Below, piece by piece: positions 32,162 through 33,442 of a stretch of DNA of 33,442 bases (positions are counted from its first letter, which is position 1; each line of letters starts with the position of its first letter). Source of the stretch: Octopus bimaculoides (Eukaryota); contig NC_068990.1 in assembly GCF_001194135.2 (NCBI RefSeq), positions 53,575,423-53,608,864 of the forward strand, written 5' to 3'. The notes under the pieces are model-generated. The model was given only the letters and a program-made list of their open reading frames with translations. It was not told where the DNA came from and made no database searches. A program made the translations under genes and the position numbers.

Positions 32162-32424
32162 GGAAAGAAGAATGGAAGGAGATGTCATGGTTGGATAAAT
32201 ATTAAGGTCGAAAGGAGAAGAAATAGGTTAGAAGGGATTGGAGTAAAGCTACTACCCAATAGAAGTAGGGTGAAGTGTTGAAATCAGGATGAGATAATGG
32301 AGTAGTAGGCGTTGGGTGAGGGAGAGGTCGTAGTATAGAACAAGTCGAAGAAATGGTAGTATATGATAGGTAGGGGTTAGGGGCTAGGTTGGTAGTGGGA
32401 AAGTTGAAGATGAAGAGGGCTCAA

Positions 32425-32605
32425 CACATATACATATACATTTACGTATATTCATACACATATATATGTGTATGTATGTATATATAATCTCTATATATAA
32501 GTGTGTGTGTATGTGTGCATATATACGTATATATGTATATGTGTTTCTGTACCTTGATATATATGCATGTATGCATATATGTATGTATATGCGTATACAT
32601 ACATA

Positions 32606-32677
<72 letters not shown>

Positions 32678-32830
32678 TATACATTCATATATATACACAT
32701 ATATACATACATGTATATACATATATCTATACACACACGCATAAACACACATACACATTCATACACACACACATACGTATACACCTTTATGTATGTGTTT
32801 CTGTACCTATATATATATATATGTATGTAA
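32425..32830. repeat. Long degenerate (TA)/(TATG)/(CA) low-complexity tract
   Basis: Source of six overlapping spurious Y/I/C/V-rich ORFs. Confidence 0.9.
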
Positions 32831-33376
32831 ACTATTGGAGAGATCCCTCAGTAAGATGATAAGATGATGATGTCTCCACTGTTTTCTCGTCTATCGACTA
32901 AGACATATTTAAGAGCTCAGTCACGTCTTCATCGTGTTTTGCCTCGTCTACGAAAACAGGGTTATTTGTAGTTGCCTGTATCCGTATACATTGCTCAATC
33001 AACGATACAAGTCTTTGAAAGATAGATTTAACGTTTGAACTTCAACTCAATCTTCTCCGCGCTCCCCCATCATCTTTGTACTTGTTCTTCGTACAGAGAA
33101 CCTCCATACTTCTGCAATGGAAACTCAGAACTCAGCCTCATTCACTGCGCGTTGGCAGAATTGAAAGAGCCTCAGACAAAATTTTTGAACTACTTGGCAA
33201 AATTGTTAATTATTAATTTTATTACTAATTGGCAATTCCCTGCCCTATATCTGTATATATATGTTGTTGTACTTGGGGATGGTCATATTGCCAGTTTAGC
33301 CAATAAAAACACACGCACTGTATATTTGGTGTTAATTTGCTTCAGCTTTATATTACATTAATCTTAATCTTATTTC

Positions 33377-33420
33377 GGCCAGAGTTCTTTCGTCACACTT
33401 CTGTGACCTCATCAGTGGTC
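33377..33420 (-). ncRNA. Minimal type I hammerhead ribozyme (best match in the window)
   Basis: The minus strand reads gacca-CUGAUGA(33415-33409)-g-GUCAC-agaagu-GUGAC-GAAA(33391-33388)-G-aa-CUC(33384-33382)-uggcc. Stem II is 5 perfect bp, stem I is 4/5 bp, and stem III is 2 bp with a 2-nt loop. Confidence 0.68.
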
Positions 33421-33442
33421 CTTTGTTTCCTTCTTTCTTATG

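Noticed and set aside
32365-32400. TTAGGG-like G-runs
   Set aside because: A single telomeric unit in a purine-rich tract; not an interstitial telomere array.
32384-32859. Six overlapping Tyr/Ile/Cys-rich ORFs
   Set aside because: Translation of TA/CA/TATG low-complexity sequence.

Overview
This is an AT-rich, gap-ridden eukaryotic (draft metazoan) window made almost entirely of decayed mobile elements and microsatellites. The repeat spectrum suggests a cephalopod such as octopus; this is an inference from remembered repeat families, not a database result. No intact protein-coding gene is supported. Most of the supplied ORFs are artefacts of microsatellites or N gaps. Recognisable elements are: a Penelope-like element (RT plus GIY-YIG, 2415-3723); two distinct R4/Dong-clade RLE LINE families (5407-7473 next to (TAA)n; 13330-15407 and 16549-16659 next to (CATA)n); an RT-less Tx1/L1 remnant; an RTE-BovB 3' end; a DD37D maT transposase fragment; a mariner deletion derivative with both TIRs; a hAT-type MITE; and about 16 copies from three tRNA-derived SINE families. 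The most notable unannotated signals are four type-I hammerhead-ribozyme-like motifs (181-290 -, 321-397 -, 4502-4545 +, 33377-33420 -), a putative (CATA)n-targeting R4/Dong lineage, a nested (TAA)n insertion array, a triple CGATC hairpin module in a LINE-like 3' UTR, and one candidate minus-strand host exon (30373-30467).
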